NCBI RefSeq assembly: GCF_009914755.1
Contig: NC_060942.1
Length of the DNA stretch: 64,000 nt
Source: the human T2T-CHM13v2.0 reference genome, Homo sapiens
Reading direction: 5' to 3' (one strand)
The position numbers and the translations under genes were made by a program. Of the stretch, positions 1 through 18,099 are shown one piece after another; the first letter of the stretch is position 1, and each line of letters starts with the position of its first letter. A model generated the notes under the pieces. The model was given only the letters and a program-made list of their open reading frames with translations. It did not search any database and had not been told where the DNA came from.

Positions 1-284
1 AGACTGAACTAATTGTCTGTGGTCTCACTGGTAAGAGCCTTATGGCTCTATAAATGGGCCAAATAGTACCCAGGTAAAAGCTTTCAGAGAGGCAGACTCT
101 TACTTTAGTTGCTGGCTTCATGCTTTCATTTTTGAAAGTCTCTGTGATGGCCACTGCCTTCTGTATTTTGGATCTGACTTCTTTGGATCTCTGTGTTATA
201 CCTGTGCTTTCTGTGCAATTAGAACCTGTCCAGTTTTGGTCCCACTTATTCACATTAAAGATCATTATGACAATATTATTGTAA

Positions 285-430
285 TAATAACATATTTACT
301 GAACATCTACTATGTAATAGCTATTTTATTAAGTACATTAGACACATACTTCATTCAAAGCTAATAACAACTCTGTGAGGTTCCAGTAAGATTTATATAA
401 TTCAAGTATTTGACCATGCTCGCTTAACTT
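285..430 (+). mobile_element. MIR fragment
   Basis: aataataacatatttactgaacatctactatgt...aacaactctgtgagg resembles the MIR core; strand as read. Confidence 0.5.
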
Positions 431-1184
431 CTGAGTATATCATCCAGGGTTATTATTTAGGCATTATGGTTATAAAGCTGGTGTATTCTCAGTCCAGAAT
501 GCAAAAAACTTGGATGTCAAAAAATCGGGTCTTTTTTTGCCCAAGTGGGAGCTGCAAGCTAGTCCTGCCTCCTATCTTCCATCTTAGTCTCATTGTCCAT
601 TTGTGTTTATATAATCAAGATCAAGTTTCTTATAATTAAAAAATAGATAAAAATTATTCTTATCATTTTCTCACTCAGACTTTCCTCCCCTTTTACTAAT
701 TTAGTGTCCAGTATATGAAGACCTTGTTTAAGCAAAGACTTACGTTTCCACCATGGCTTATCTATTTATCACAGCTTTAGAAAGATGCTCATAGAAGCTG
801 TCAGGTCAAAAAGGATCCAACAATTTAACAATGTTTATCAACAGTTTACCAATTAATAGCTTACAATAACTTCATGCACATTTCATGAAAGACTATTTGT
901 ATTTTAACAAAGGTAAAATATTAACTCAAAAGCATGACTCAAAAATAATAAAATTCATGGGGGATAAAATTACAGAAAGTTATATTTCAAGTGGGGGAAA
1001 ATAATTCACAATTAACCCCAAGTCACATGGTATAGGCAGTTTTCTCATTCCTGCTTACAGTCAGATATATATGGGGTATTGTGGAGAGAGGTATATATGA
1101 GGTATTAACAGAGTTTCATCCCATGGTACTATGGGTCTATATTCAGATTATCTGGGCTCTGGAACTTAGGTTTTATTTTTTGTT

Positions 1185-4805
<3,621 letters not shown>

Positions 4806-6145
4806 AAGGTTTTTCATTACAAAATATTTTTTAATTTTCCATTTACTTTGTAAACATTTTGTACTATGAAATATATCATACACACGAAATGTATATCAAA
4901 TCTATATACAATTTAAAAGTGAAGATGGTTAAGATATATTACCATACCATGAGATATATTACCAACATTACCTCCACCTTGGGATACTACAGTATTTTTT
5001 CACCTCTACTTCCTACTTATCTCCTATATGAAACAATTCTGAGTTTTATAATGAATCATTTCTTGCTTTCCTTTATTCTTTTACTACATACAACTGCTTT
5101 CATCAGCAATATGTTGCATATTTTTGCCTATCTGCAAACTTTACAGATGTGTGTGTCTATGTGTGTATATAGACACATGTGCACACACACACACACACGT
5201 ATATATAGCCATGGGCAATACAACTCTAAAAGAATTTAACAGTTTGAAATAATTTTGCATCCAGATTACTTTGCAAGTATCTTTAAGTTCTCATACCAAT
5301 CCATGATCTTCTTTTAGAAAAAAGATCTACAGAATACATCAAATGTTGGTAGATAAATGTGATACATGTGTATATTAATTAAAATATTATGCTAGGCTTG
5401 TATGGCTTTTTTAATACACTGCTTTAACCAATGTTTTACCGACTATTGCATGGGATGAAATGTGCTCTATTATAAATGAATAGAATTATTAGCAGTGTGT
5501 CCATTTACCTTAAAACTAGCTCATACATTTGTGGTTAAACTGTTTTTTTTGTTGTTGTTGTTATGCTATGTTATATCATGGTATTAATGTGCTCATTTTC
5601 GATCTTAGAGTTTTTCCTTTTCTATTACTTAAATTATTACCAGATTATTTTTTTAAAAAAATTCTAGCTAATATCGAGCAGAGTAGAAGTTTATTTGTCT
5701 AGAACACTATAGACCAACTTCAGGATGGCCCTGAACTGCATGAAGTTGTTTATGTACATGCATAAGTCTCTCTATCTGTGCATATAGTTGTAAGTGTAGT
5801 TGTAAAAATGAATATCATTCTTGCAACTTGCTCTTTGTTCTTTATTCCATTTCTACTCGTTCTCCTTGATCCTCGTGAACACTTTATAATCATTTCTCCT
5901 TTCTGTTCCTCCCCTTAAAAAACTTGCTTATTGGGGATTATTATACATAAGAATTAGAATATCCAAATCAATTTCTCACAATGTGGTCCCTGATTGCATG
6001 TTTCTTCTGTAATAATAATCGCCTCTTTGTGTTTCTATCCATTTCTTCTCCGGTAGTGCTGTCATCTTGCTTTGGTGTCCACATAAAACTCTTGACAGGT
6101 TATATGAATCTAAAGAATGTGATGCCGAATTACCCATGAGGTAAC

Positions 6146-6450
6146 TTTTTAAATTTTATTTTGTGACAGGGCCTCTCGCTCTATCACCCAGGCTGAAGTG
6201 CAGTGGCATGACCACAGCTCAGTGCAGCCTTGGACTCCTGGGCTTAAGCGATCCTCCTGCTTTAGCCTCCTAAGTAGGTAGGACTACAAGCACATACCAC
6301 CACACATGGCTATTTTTAAAAATATATTTTTTATAGAGATGGAGTCTCACTATGTTTCCTAGGCTGGTTTTGAACTCCCAGGCTCAAGTGATCCTCCCAT
6401 CTTGGGCTCTCAAAGTGCTGGGAGTATAGGTGTGAGCCACTGCACCTGGC
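6146..6450 (-). mobile_element. AluJ
   Basis: Dimeric Alu antisense with J-type features (cacagctcagtgcagcc, gcgatcctcc, ctcaagtgatcctccc). Confidence 0.9.
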
Positions 6451-7519
6451 ATATATTATTTTTTACCTCATATTTATTCTCTCATTTGATCTTCACAACA
6501 AGGAAATTGATAAGGGTCAGTATTCTTGTTTTTACAAAGAGAAAAACAAAAGCCTAGAAAAATGTCAAATATTTTTATGATCAAAAATTCAATTACTGAT
6601 ATCTGAAAATATATCCACATCTCTTACTATTAATCTAGGCCTAATTGCAGGCCTCTACTTAGCTTAGTGACTAGGTAAAACCAAGTAAATCTCTAGTACT
6701 AGAAAAGACAATATGCTTGTAATAAGATATTCTAGATTTAAGTCTTAGCATTGCTAAATACTAGATTTGTTACTTTATTCAAATAACTTCTCTCTGGATC
6801 TTATCTTCTACATTTATAAAAAGTAAAAATAAAAGAAGAAGAAGGGAGAGTGTCGTGTTTGAGTTTCTCTTGTCTCTTCCTGCTCTAAAGTCTTTAATGG
6901 TTTGTTATTTATTGGTAAGAATCATGCACACTGTATGAATAACTCTATCCTGCTCTCTGGCATTGCGGATAAGAGCACTTGTAGTTCCTTGCAGGAAAGA
7001 AGGAACATCTCCTACAGAATGCCTCTAGGACGCATTATAGCCTCAGGCTCATAGGACCCCACATATAACAGCACTCAGCTTTGTAAGGAGCAAAGGGAAC
7101 CAAATGACTTGGAACAGGAGTTTGACATCCCTGTCTTCGCCAATCCCTGCTAAACTGCTGATACTGTTTCTCCTTGTGAATCACTCGATACTCACTCAGT
7201 TGTGCCATCACCAACTGCTCTTCTTGGCAGGGTGCTCTGAGAGCTTCGTGGGCCACTGCCTATGATACAGTGCCAAATGGATTGTGGGATGGATAATTGA
7301 CAATCAAATAAGCATCCTGCCTTGTGGCAACAGAAAACGTAACTCTTATTATTACGTATGCAGCCTTTCAAAACACCATGTTAAATAGCCCATGTGAAAG
7401 GAAATTAACCAAATTACTATTAGGAGTTACTTTTAAAACAGATGTATTGAGGGGCCAGTGATGCTCACTTCTAATCAATCACAAAGGTTTTTCTCATTTC
7501 TATATTTTTCATGCCTTGC

Positions 7520-7790
7520 TTAATTCAGTTACTCACCATTTAGTCATTAACTTGCTGCAAGAGCCTTCTAACTGGCCTTTTTGCTCTTAGTCTTGCCTGT
7601 TTCAACCCATTTTTCACAGTACTGCTTTTTTCAGGAAGGTTCCCTATATCCTTTACCATAAAATCCAGTTTGCTTGGCATTACATAAAATACCTTTCCTG
7701 AAGTAGACCCTTCTAGGCTCTCTAGCTCCATTCTTTGTCACATACCTCTGCTCTCCTTACATGCAGCTCTGTCAGCCTATTGGTAGTTCT
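7520..7790 (+). mobile_element. L2 fragment
   Basis: gcaagagccttctaactggcc...ccatttttcacagtactgc is L2-like. Confidence 0.5.
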
Positions 7791-8069
7791 TTTGACAGAG
7801 GCATCCTTATTAATGATGAATACTTAAATGCAAACTTTTAATGAAATAAATCATTTACCTTGAAGAATTACAACTTAGTGATTGCTGTGAGGGTTATTTT
7901 TGGTAAAGCCTGAATGTTTGCAGTTGCTCCCAAGCATGGAGCACAACTCAGAAAGAAATAATACATAATGAGTACTGCATTGGACCAAATGATAGCCCTG
8001 CAAAAGATATGTGCATGCCCTCATCTTCAGAACCCATGAATATTATCTTATTGCAAGAGTAAATATTTC

Positions 8070-8721
8070 TGTATGTCTTCGTTTGGGCTGCTGTAACAGA
8101 ATACCATAGACTGGGTGGCTTAAACAATAGAAATTCATTTCACACAAGTCTGGGGACTAGAAAGTCCCAGATCAAATTGCATGCAGAACCATGTCTGATG
8201 AGGGCACTCTTCCTGGTTTGCAGAAAGCCATCCTTTTGTTGTCTCTTCACATGGCAGAGAACAGAACAAGAAAAAGCAAGCTTTTGTGTCTCCTTTTATA
8301 AGGACACTAGTATCTGAATGTTTGTGAAGCTCTCATGAATGGGATTTGTGCCCTTATTAAAAAAAAAAAATAGCCAATAGACTTGCCTCACCTCTTCCAC
8401 CATGTGAAGATGCAGCTAAAAGATACCATCTACAAAGAAACAGGCTCCCACCAGATGCTGAGTCTGCTGGAGCCCTGCTCTTGGACTTCTCATCCTCCAG
8501 AACTGTGAGATATAAATTTCTGTTGTTTAAAAGCTACCTAAGTATTTTGTTATAGCAGCTTGAACAGACTAAGCCAGGCACTAATCTCACTCATAAGGCC
8601 CCTATCCTAATGACCTAATTACCTTCTAAAGACTCTATCTTCTAATACCTTCACAATGAGTATCAGGATTTCAACAAATGACTTTTGCAGTTAGGGTGGC
8701 ACAAATATCCAGTCAATAACA
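8070..8721 (-). mobile_element. MLT1A-like MaLR LTR, interrupted at 8308-8576
   Basis: Antisense: gggctgctgtaacagaataccatagactgggtggcttaaacaa...; resumes at ggcactaatc...cacaaatatccagtcaataaca. Confidence 0.75.
8308..8576 (+). mobile_element. MLT1A0-like MaLR LTR (internally deleted)
   Basis: ...ctctcatgaatgggatttgtgcccttat...cctccagaactgtgagatataaatttctg...gactaagcca; flanked by gacac/ggcac (degenerate 5-bp TSD). Confidence 0.7.
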
Positions 8722-11170
8722 TTGTATATAGTAAAACATGTGATTAAGATGAGGATCTTGTAAGATCTTATCTTGGATGATCTAGGTTGACCCTAACTCC
8801 AATAACACGCAAACTTGTAGAAAACAGAGGCACAGGGAGTTTTGAGACGAAGAAAAGAAAGCAATTTGCCTATTGAGGCAGGGACTGGAGTAATGTGACA
8901 AGCCAAAGAATTCCTGGAGCCAGGAGAAACTGGAAGAGGCCAGGAGTTCTCCCCATGAAACTTTGGAGAGAGCAAGTCTCTGTTGACACCTTAATTTCCA
9001 ATTTACAGGCTCCAGAACTGTATGAGAATACATTTCTGTTATTTTAAGCCACTGAGTTTGTTGTAACTTGTTACAGTAGCCACAGGAAACTAATACAAGC
9101 ACTTTAGTGAGAAGTATAGGTAACTAGGAGTGCACAGAGTCTAGTAGGCAGAATTAACTGAAGACTTGCAAAGCATATAAATAAATGATTTGCCCAATGT
9201 CAAATCTTCATCCTTACACTAAAAGTAACTAGGAGATCATTGAGTCACAGATTTTATTTGGTAGATAGGAAAGCTGAGGACCACTGAGTTTCCACGGCTT
9301 TTTACAGCTGTACGTGTGGAGAGTGACAGGGCCATGGTGAGAGTTTATGTATCCTGAGAACCCCCAAGCCTCTCTTCATCAGTCATCAATGCCTGTCTGT
9401 TGGAAATGGCAGCCTTATACACTGTAACTCTATTTGTAATCATCAAATGTTGAAACACGACTAGGTCTCCACAACAGAAAATTGGTTTGCATAAATTATA
9501 TTACATCCAAATGGTGGGATGCTGGTAAGCCACTAATATATTCCAGTTATTCAAATGCATACTATAGAAATTTAAGAATATATATTGAAACAAATTTATG
9601 ATATATATCAGAAAAAACAAGGAATTCATCAAAGATAGTAGTGGGTACAATTTTCTTTTTATAAAGAAATCATTAAAAAATATACCAAATGTAGACTTGA
9701 AAGTTCATACACCAAAGTGTTAATTGTAGTTGTTTGTGATAATAAGGATTATAGATGACTGTTTTAAAAAAATTCTTTTATATTTTTTCTGTAATAAATA
9801 TATATTGATTTTACAATTAAAAGGATTTTTTTTTTTTTTTTTTTTTTTGCTTAAATTTCAAAGAACAGTCATTGTGTGCCAATCCCTAAGATGCTGTTCA
9901 GGAGACCAGACATAGATATCTAGTCTATATTGTAATTGAGAATTAGGTTAGGGGTTGGGGATTCAAGGCTATCACAAGGCAGAAAGTACAGTAAGAGTGA
10001 ACAAGAAGCAGGAATAAATATGGATGGAGATGGTGAAAAGGGGATGCAGAAGCAGATACACTGGCTAGAAGATGGAAAGTTTACAGATAGACTTTGGATC
10101 TCTACTCTGTTAGCTAGCTTAATTTTATGATTTACATTGCCATTATTAATTCTAAGATATAGATTATTTTGAAGACTCAATGTTTTCCTCAATGTGAGAT
10201 CTCAGACAAGGCAGTCTGTGGAACATCCGGGCAGTATAACCTGAATATCATAGAGATAAACTTTCCATTAAGGTTGGAGTCAGTTGAAGCCTGACCTACT
10301 AGAGAGGGGTTGCCTGGTAATGAGAGTGAAGAGTTAGGAGAGGTTTAACCTGAGAACAGGAGAAGATTCAGGCAAAAAGCAAGGGTATGTATAAGTCTAT
10401 GTGTCTATTTGTGTGAACATCAGTCCTTGAACAATGCCACTGGTCTTAGAAATTTAGGGAGATTAAGTTTTCAGTGACAGTGGACTTTTGAACAAAGAGG
10501 GAAAAGAATAAAAAACTCCCCAGTCTGACACCAGAATAAGAAAAGTAAATCTTTTAAAAAATAGTAATGTTTTATGTCTTGCCCTGTAACAAGTTCTAGC
10601 TGTAGTTACAGCTGAAATATATCATTATTCGTAGCACCTTTTGGGGAGTATAAATTACTATAACCTTCCTGGAAAATAATTTGACACTTTTAATAATTTG
10701 TCCTAAAATCTGGAGGAAATAATTTGAAAGGTAGACAAAAATCATGTATACATATGTCATTCCTGTGGTATTACTAATATTGAAAACCCAGAAACAAATT
10801 AAATGTCCAAAATTAGATGAATGATCAAGTAATATATAGTACTTACATATGATAGACTATTCTGTAGTCATTAAGAATCATATTTATAAAGAATTGACTG
10901 AAAAAGGAAAGACATTAAATTGTAGATACATTACGTTAACTATACATAATTTATACAGATAAATGAACACTTTACACACACACAATACTTTGAAGGACAT
11001 TTTTCATTCTGAAAGTTTTAAAATATAAATTTATGCATGCCAATTTTCAAGAACATATCTACTATGTAATTAGATATATCAGTACTATCATATACATCTT
11101 TCTCTTTGCAAAATAATTAACATCTTACTTTCTTGGTATCAAAAGTTCAAATTATTGCCTTTTAAGATAT

Positions 11171-11953
11171 AAGCCATTTTAACTGGGGTGAGATAATAAC
11201 TCATTGTAGTTTTGATTTGTATTGCTTTGGTGATCAATGATGTTGACCACCTTTTCATATACCTGTTTGCCATTTGTATGTCTTTTTTTGAGAAATGTCT
11301 ATTTAAATATTTAAAGCAAATCAGTATACCTAAGAGATATCTGCACTCCTATGTTTGTTGCAGCACTAATAACAATAGGTAAGCTTTGGGAGCAACCTAA
11401 GTGTCCATCATCAGATGAATGAATAAAGAAAATTTGGTACATATACACAATGGTATACTATTCAGCCATAAAATGAAGGAGATCCAGTCATTTGCAACAA
11501 CATGAATGGAACTGGAGATCATTAAGTGAAGTAAACCAGGCACAGAAAGACAAACATCACATGTTCTCACGTAATTGTGGTATCTAAAAATCCAATCCAT
11601 TGAACTCATGGACACAGAGAGTGCAAGAATGGTTACCAGAGGCTAGGAAGGGTAGTGAGCGGTTGAGGGGGAGGTGGGTATGGTTAATGGGTACAAAAAA
11701 TAGACTAAATAAGACCTCCTATTTGATGGCACAATAGAGTGACTATGGTCAATAATAACTTAATGGCATATTATAAAATAAAGAATGTTATTGCATTGTT
11801 TGTAACTCAAAAGGTAAATGCTCGAAAGATGGATACTCCATTCTCCATGATGAGCTTCTTTCACATTGCATGTCTGTATCAAGACATCTTATGTACCCCA
11901 TAAATATATACACTTACTATGTACCCACATAAACTTAAAAAAAAAACAAAAAA
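11171..11953 (+). mobile_element. 5'-inverted L1MA1-3-like element
   Basis: 11171-11312 is antisense L1 ORF2 3' region. 11313-11953 is the sense ORF2 end, L1MA-type 3' UTR and A tail. Confidence 0.8.
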
Positions 11954-12191
11954 TTAACAACTTCAGATTATATAGAACATATAGATACAGACTAATTGGA
12001 AAATTGGGGAACAGAAAATATTAAAACACTTTTTATATATGAAAACAATGGTGTATGCAGATAGACCTCACTTGTTTCTTCTGTGTTTTAGAAGCACATT
12101 GCATATTTAGTTCATTTATAGGTAATTTTCTGAATGGTAGAGGAGTTCTTTGTTGTTCTGGATCCATAAAGAGATAAAAAATAAAGTTCAT

Positions 12192-14578
12192 AAAGCTTAT
12201 CCACCATGATCAAGTCAGCTTTATCCCTGGGATGCAAGGCTGGTTCAACATATACAAACCAATAAATGTAATCCAGCATAGAAACAGAACCAAAGACAAA
12301 AACCACATGATTATTTCAACAGATGCAGAAATGGCCTTCCATAAAATTCAACATCCTTCATGCTAAAAACTCTCAATAAACTAGATATTGATGGAACATA
12401 TCTCAAAATAATAAGAGCTATTTATGACAAACACATAGCCAATTTCATACTGAATGGGCAAAAGCTGAAAGCATTCCCTTTGAAAACTGGCACAAGACAA
12501 GGATGCCCTCTCTCACCACTCCTATTCAACATAGTATTGGAAGTTCTGGCAAGGGCAATCAGGCAAGAGAAAGAAATAAAGAGCATTCAAATAGGAAAAG
12601 AGGAAGTCAAGCTGTCTCTGTTTGCAGTTGATATGAATGTATATTTAGAAAACCCCATTGTCTCAGCCCAAAACCTCCTTAAGCGGATAAGCAATTTCAG
12701 CAAAGTCTCGGGATATAAAATCAATGTGCAAAAATCACAAGCATTCCTCTTCATCAATAATAGACAAGCAGAGAGCCAAATCATGAGTGAACTCCCATTC
12801 ACAATTGCTACAAAGAGAATAAAATACCTAGGAATACAATTCACAAGGGATGTGAAGGACCTCTTCAAGGAGAACTACAAACCACTGCTCAAGGAAATGA
12901 GAGGACACAAACAAATGGAAACAAATTCCACCCATGCTCGTGGATAGGAAGAATCAATATCATGAAAATGACCATACTGCCCAAAGTAATTTGTAGTTTC
13001 AATGCTGTTCCCACAAGTTACCATTTACTTTCTTCACAGAATTAGAGAAAACTACTTTAAATTTCATATGGAACAAAAAAAGAGCCATATAGCCAAGACA
13101 ATCCTAAGCAAAATGAACAAAGCTGGAGGCATCACACTACCTGACTTCAAAATATACTACAAGGCTACAGTAACCAAAACAGTATGGTACTGGTACCAAA
13201 ACAGATATAGAGACCAATGGAACAGAAAAGAGGCCTCAGAAATAACACCACACATCTACAACCATCTGATCTTTGACAACCCTGACAAAAATAAGCAATG
13301 GGGACAGGATTCCCTATTTAATAAATGGTACTGGGAAAACTGGCTAGCTATATGCAGAAAACTGAAACTGGACCCCTTCCTTACACCTTATACAAAAATT
13401 AACTTGAGCTAGATTAAAGACTTAAATGTAAAACCCAAAACTGCAAAACCCTAGAAGAAAACCTAGGCAATACCATTCAAGACATAGGCATGGGCAAATA
13501 CTTCATGACTAAAACACCAAATGCGATTGCAACAAAAGCTTAAGTTGACAAATGGGATCTAACTGAACTAAAGAGCTTTTGTACAGCAAAAGAAACTACC
13601 ATCAGAGTGAACAGGCAATGTACAGAATGGGAGAAAATGTTTGCAATCTGTCCATCTGACAAAGGGCTAATATCCAGAATCTACAAGGAACTTCAACAAA
13701 TTTACAAGGAAAAACAAACAACTCCATCAAAAAGTGGGTGAAGGATATAAACTGGCACTTCTTAAAAGAAGACATTTATGCAGCCACAAACTTAGGTAAA
13801 AAAAAACTCATCATCACTGATCATTAGAGAAATGGAAATCAAAACCACACTGAGATACCACCTCATGACAGTTAGAATGGTGATTATTAAAACGTAAGGA
13901 AACAGCAGACGCTGGCAAGGCTGTGAAGAAATAGGAATGCTTTTACACTGTTGGTGGGAGTGTAAATTAGTTCAACCATTGTGGAAGACAGTATGGCGAT
14001 TCCTCAAGGATCTAGAACCAGAAATACCATTTGATCCAGCAATCCCATTACTGAGTATATACCCAAAGGATTATAAATCATTCTACTGTGAAGACATATG
14101 CACACATATGTTTATTGCAGCACTATTTACAATAGCAAAGACTTGGAACCAAGCCAAATGCCCATCAATGATAGACTGAATAAAGAAAATGTGGCACATA
14201 TATAACATGGAATACTATGCAGCCATAAAAAGGAATGAGTTCATGTTCTTTGCAGGGACATGAAGCTATAAACCATCATTCTCAGCAAACTAACACAGGA
14301 ACTGAAAATCAGACACCGCATGTTCTCACTCATCACTCATAAGTGGGAGTTGAACAATAACACATGGACGCAGGGAAGGGAACATCACACACTGAGACCT
14401 GTCACATGGTGGGGGGCAAGGAGAGGGAGAGCATTAGGACAAATACCTCATGCGTGCGGGGCTTAAAACCTAAATGACAGTTGCAGCAAACCACCATGGC
14501 ACATGTATACCTGTTTAACGGACCTGCACGTTCTGCTCATGTATCCCAGAACTTAAAGTAAAATTAAAAAAAAAAAAA
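12192..14578 (+). mobile_element. 5'-truncated L1PA7-like element
   Basis: Disrupted ORF2 RT fragments (ORFs 12360, 13002, 13937). 3' UTR gagcattaggacaaatacc...gcggggcttaaaacc; poly-A tail. Confidence 0.9.
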
Positions 14579-14822
14579 TCAAGTTTCCCCACATAAATAT
14601 GTACAATTACAATGTGTCAGTAAAAAAAAAAAAATTAAAAAGAAAAAAATAAAATTCAAAAACACCCTAGATGATATTCCCAAGATGCTTGCCTTAACAC
14701 TCATGCACAAAGTCAACTGGGAAAGTTTTGCATTTGAGATGCAATTCTCTGAAGTTCAAATGATGATTTGTGTCTTTACCTTCTCATGGGGTGTACCAGG
14801 CATATGCCTGGCATATAGAAGG

Positions 14823-15408
14823 TGTTGCAGCTTGTGTCTGTGGCCTACTCCAGAGACATACTCCACACTTTTCTCCCCCAACATCTCCTTGCTAAGATAA
14901 CTTTGATTCTGTCAACTAACTAGTCTCTTCCACAGGGCTCTATGCTTTTTACAAAAGTCTGAACAAGTAGACAAATCTCTACTTGTCTAAATTAATCATT
15001 GTAATAACATTCCCCAAACCAATGTCATGTAACTTAATTCTGATCAATGAGATGTAAGGGTGAGTCTGCAGATATTGCTTCTGGGGAAGCTGCTTAGCTC
15101 TTAAAGTAACAAGGAAGAAATAGTCCCTTTGCTTTCTTATGGACATGGACATGGGGAGAATGTGATGCCGCAGCTGTCTTGTAACTGAGAGGAAGCTAGT
15201 CAAACATTAAGAACAGCAGAATAAAAGTTCAAAGTATGAGTCCTTCCAGACACATTCGAGATACTGAATTAACTAACCCAGAGCCACCTTGAAGCAATCC
15301 TACCTTGTTTTACTCTTTGTTATATGCAGTAACAAGGCCCTTGTGTGGTTTAAATCCTTCTGATTTGGGTTTTCTGTTACTCAAAGCTGAAAACATTTCA
15401 ATTGATAG
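14823..15408 (+). mobile_element. Old MLT1J/K-like MaLR LTR
   Basis: ...ccaatgtcatgtaac...atgagatgtaagg...gggttttctgttactcaaagctgaaaacatt. Confidence 0.55.
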
Positions 15409-16879
15409 AGAAGGTAAAGAAAAGGTTTGTTGAATTGAATTCAGTTAGAAATATCATGTGAGATTCCTAAGTAGACACAAAGGGCTAGAAGACAAGGTAA
15501 GAGACTTAGTCAGGGGGCTGGTCATGTAGAAATTTAGGATCTGCATCAAAGCTTTGCAGTGATGAGAAGCTTTCAGTGATTTTGAACAAGGAGCAAATAA
15601 TATTTGATTCTACTATTTTAAATTCATTTTTTTGTGCCTTCAACATTGTTTCCTCTACTCTATTACAGTTAATTATTTATATAGAACAAAGCTGTTTTGC
15701 TTTCATTCTGCCTGTCTTTTCCCTTAGCCATTTGTCTTTTTATTGATCTTCTGCAATTCTTATGATTTTAACGTTAGTGCCATTAATCCAGCTCTGGACT
15801 TTTGACCTTCTTTCTCTTCTGTGTTTTCTTCTATTTGCCCCTTGGCTTTGTTGTATGCTTTTCAGGGCTTTTAGTCTCTCCAAAAAGAAAACTCTTTTAA
15901 AAGTGTGGGGTCAGGGCCAGGGCTACATTTACTGAAGTGGATATAAATAAAATTGAAGAATCTCTTTGCAAAGTAAATCAGTGGTCTTGAATTAATATTT
16001 CAGTGTAAATTAAATTTCCATACTTAAGATGGACATTTGGAAAGGCTGAACTACAATAAATATGTTGTTTCCCATTTTCTCTTTTTAATAATGTGGAACC
16101 TTTAGATTTTTCTTTGAAGATATGAGTTTGCTAGTTTTGCAGTTGAGTGAAATTTGGGATTTGGGTAAAACATAATTTATTTAAAATTGAGATGCCCTTT
16201 CCCATCCATTTTCCTTTAATTATGCTGTGTTTTATCTCATATTCTCCAAAATATGCCTGCTTAAACATTTAAGCAGTGTTAATCAAAGACTTTCTAGACT
16301 TCATTTCTTTGATAAATTGAAATATAATTGTCTGTATCACATGAACATTTGGTTTCAAACTTGTTAGCTGTTCTATATTTGGGAAATTATAAAATTGTGT
16401 TGTTGAATATTAGTTGAATTATAAGGCATTCAATAAGCATACAGATGTGATAATAGCAGTGGGAAAAATCCTTTTCCATGAAGACTTTGATTACTTGAAG
16501 TTCATTGACTTGATTAAGAAATGAGACACACGAGACAATGACCTGACTTTCAGTGGACTAGGTTGTAACTTATTATCTTCAAATACTTTATTCTCCTTTT
16601 TCTGACCATGAGGTTTTAGCAGTGGTTCTTTCCTGTAGGCTGAAGTCTTAGTGGGAGAACGATGCTTTTTAACTTTTTTTCTAGACTGGAAAGGCAAAAA
16701 AAGACTTTTCTTCTCTCTTTATTTTAAGGGTCATAAATTATCTTCATTTTGAATTATCTGAGAACCCCCTGCTGATTAGCTTCTAGAAGGTAGAAGGCAA
16801 ATATTTTCTAAATGAATTCATGTATTCTCTGCTAAAGTACGTATCAGTAGAGTTATAGTAAGATTGTCCCATCTTTTCC

Positions 16880-17191
<312 letters not shown>

Positions 17192-18099
17192 TGATTTTCC
17201 CATCTTTTCTAGGGAAAGCCTAGAAAAAGTGTTCTTTCTAGGAAAGAGCACAGTTGTGTTACTTCAATAACACAATATGTTTATTCATTTACTTACTTAC
17301 TCATTGATTATTCACTATATAAGACCCTGTGATGTATTTTAATGTGCATAATTTCATTTATATTTTATACTAATTTGTGAAATAGGCCTCACTATTATTC
17401 CCATTTTACAGATTAAGAAATGAGAAGCTTGGAGCTCAGAGAGATTGTAGCTTGCCTAACATTTTACTGCTTATTTGGTTGTTTAAAACCATTCATTCTG
17501 AAACCAGTGAGCATAAAGTGATAGGCAGTTTTGAAAGAACAAACTGAAGGTCACCTTCAATAGTATTAAAATGATGAAGAAAACACACAAAATGGAGGAA
17601 AGAGATAAGTCCCCAGGAACATGATTTTATTATTTTGCCATGCCCTAGCTCATGAAACAGCCTTTTCCAAAAGTCATGCCCTGTGCAGTCTTGTGCTCAG
17701 AGAAAAAGGTACAACTGGGGAATCTATACACATAGTTTTTCCCCTTCACTTCCATACTATCACCCCAGACCACACTTGCCCAACTTTGAACCAAGATTAT
17801 AGCTGGTACCTGTCAAATTATCATCTAGCTATCACTGTTTTCTCATCTCAATCCATCTTGCATTTAGTTGCCAAATAAAGTTGCTCTACATCAAACTGCC
17901 TTTAAAGAAGTCTGAAGAACTTCTTGGCCTGAATAAAATACTCAGACTGTTTGGAGAAGGGCTTTGTAAAATTTGTTGTAAGTAGAAAGAAAGAATAGGT
18001 TGTCATTGCTGTGAAAAATGATAGCATCACATTTCTCTAAGGAGTGACCAATTCTTTTAAATTTTTATTCAGCCCTGAGTATAGGTATTAGATTACATA

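Larger units (their letters stand above)
7976..9097 (+). mobile_element. MLT1C/D-like MaLR solo LTR, interrupted at 8070-8721
   Basis: 5' part ...aaaagatatgtgcatgccct...; 3' end ...ccagaactgtatgagaatacatttctg...cacaggaaactaataca. Confidence 0.75.
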
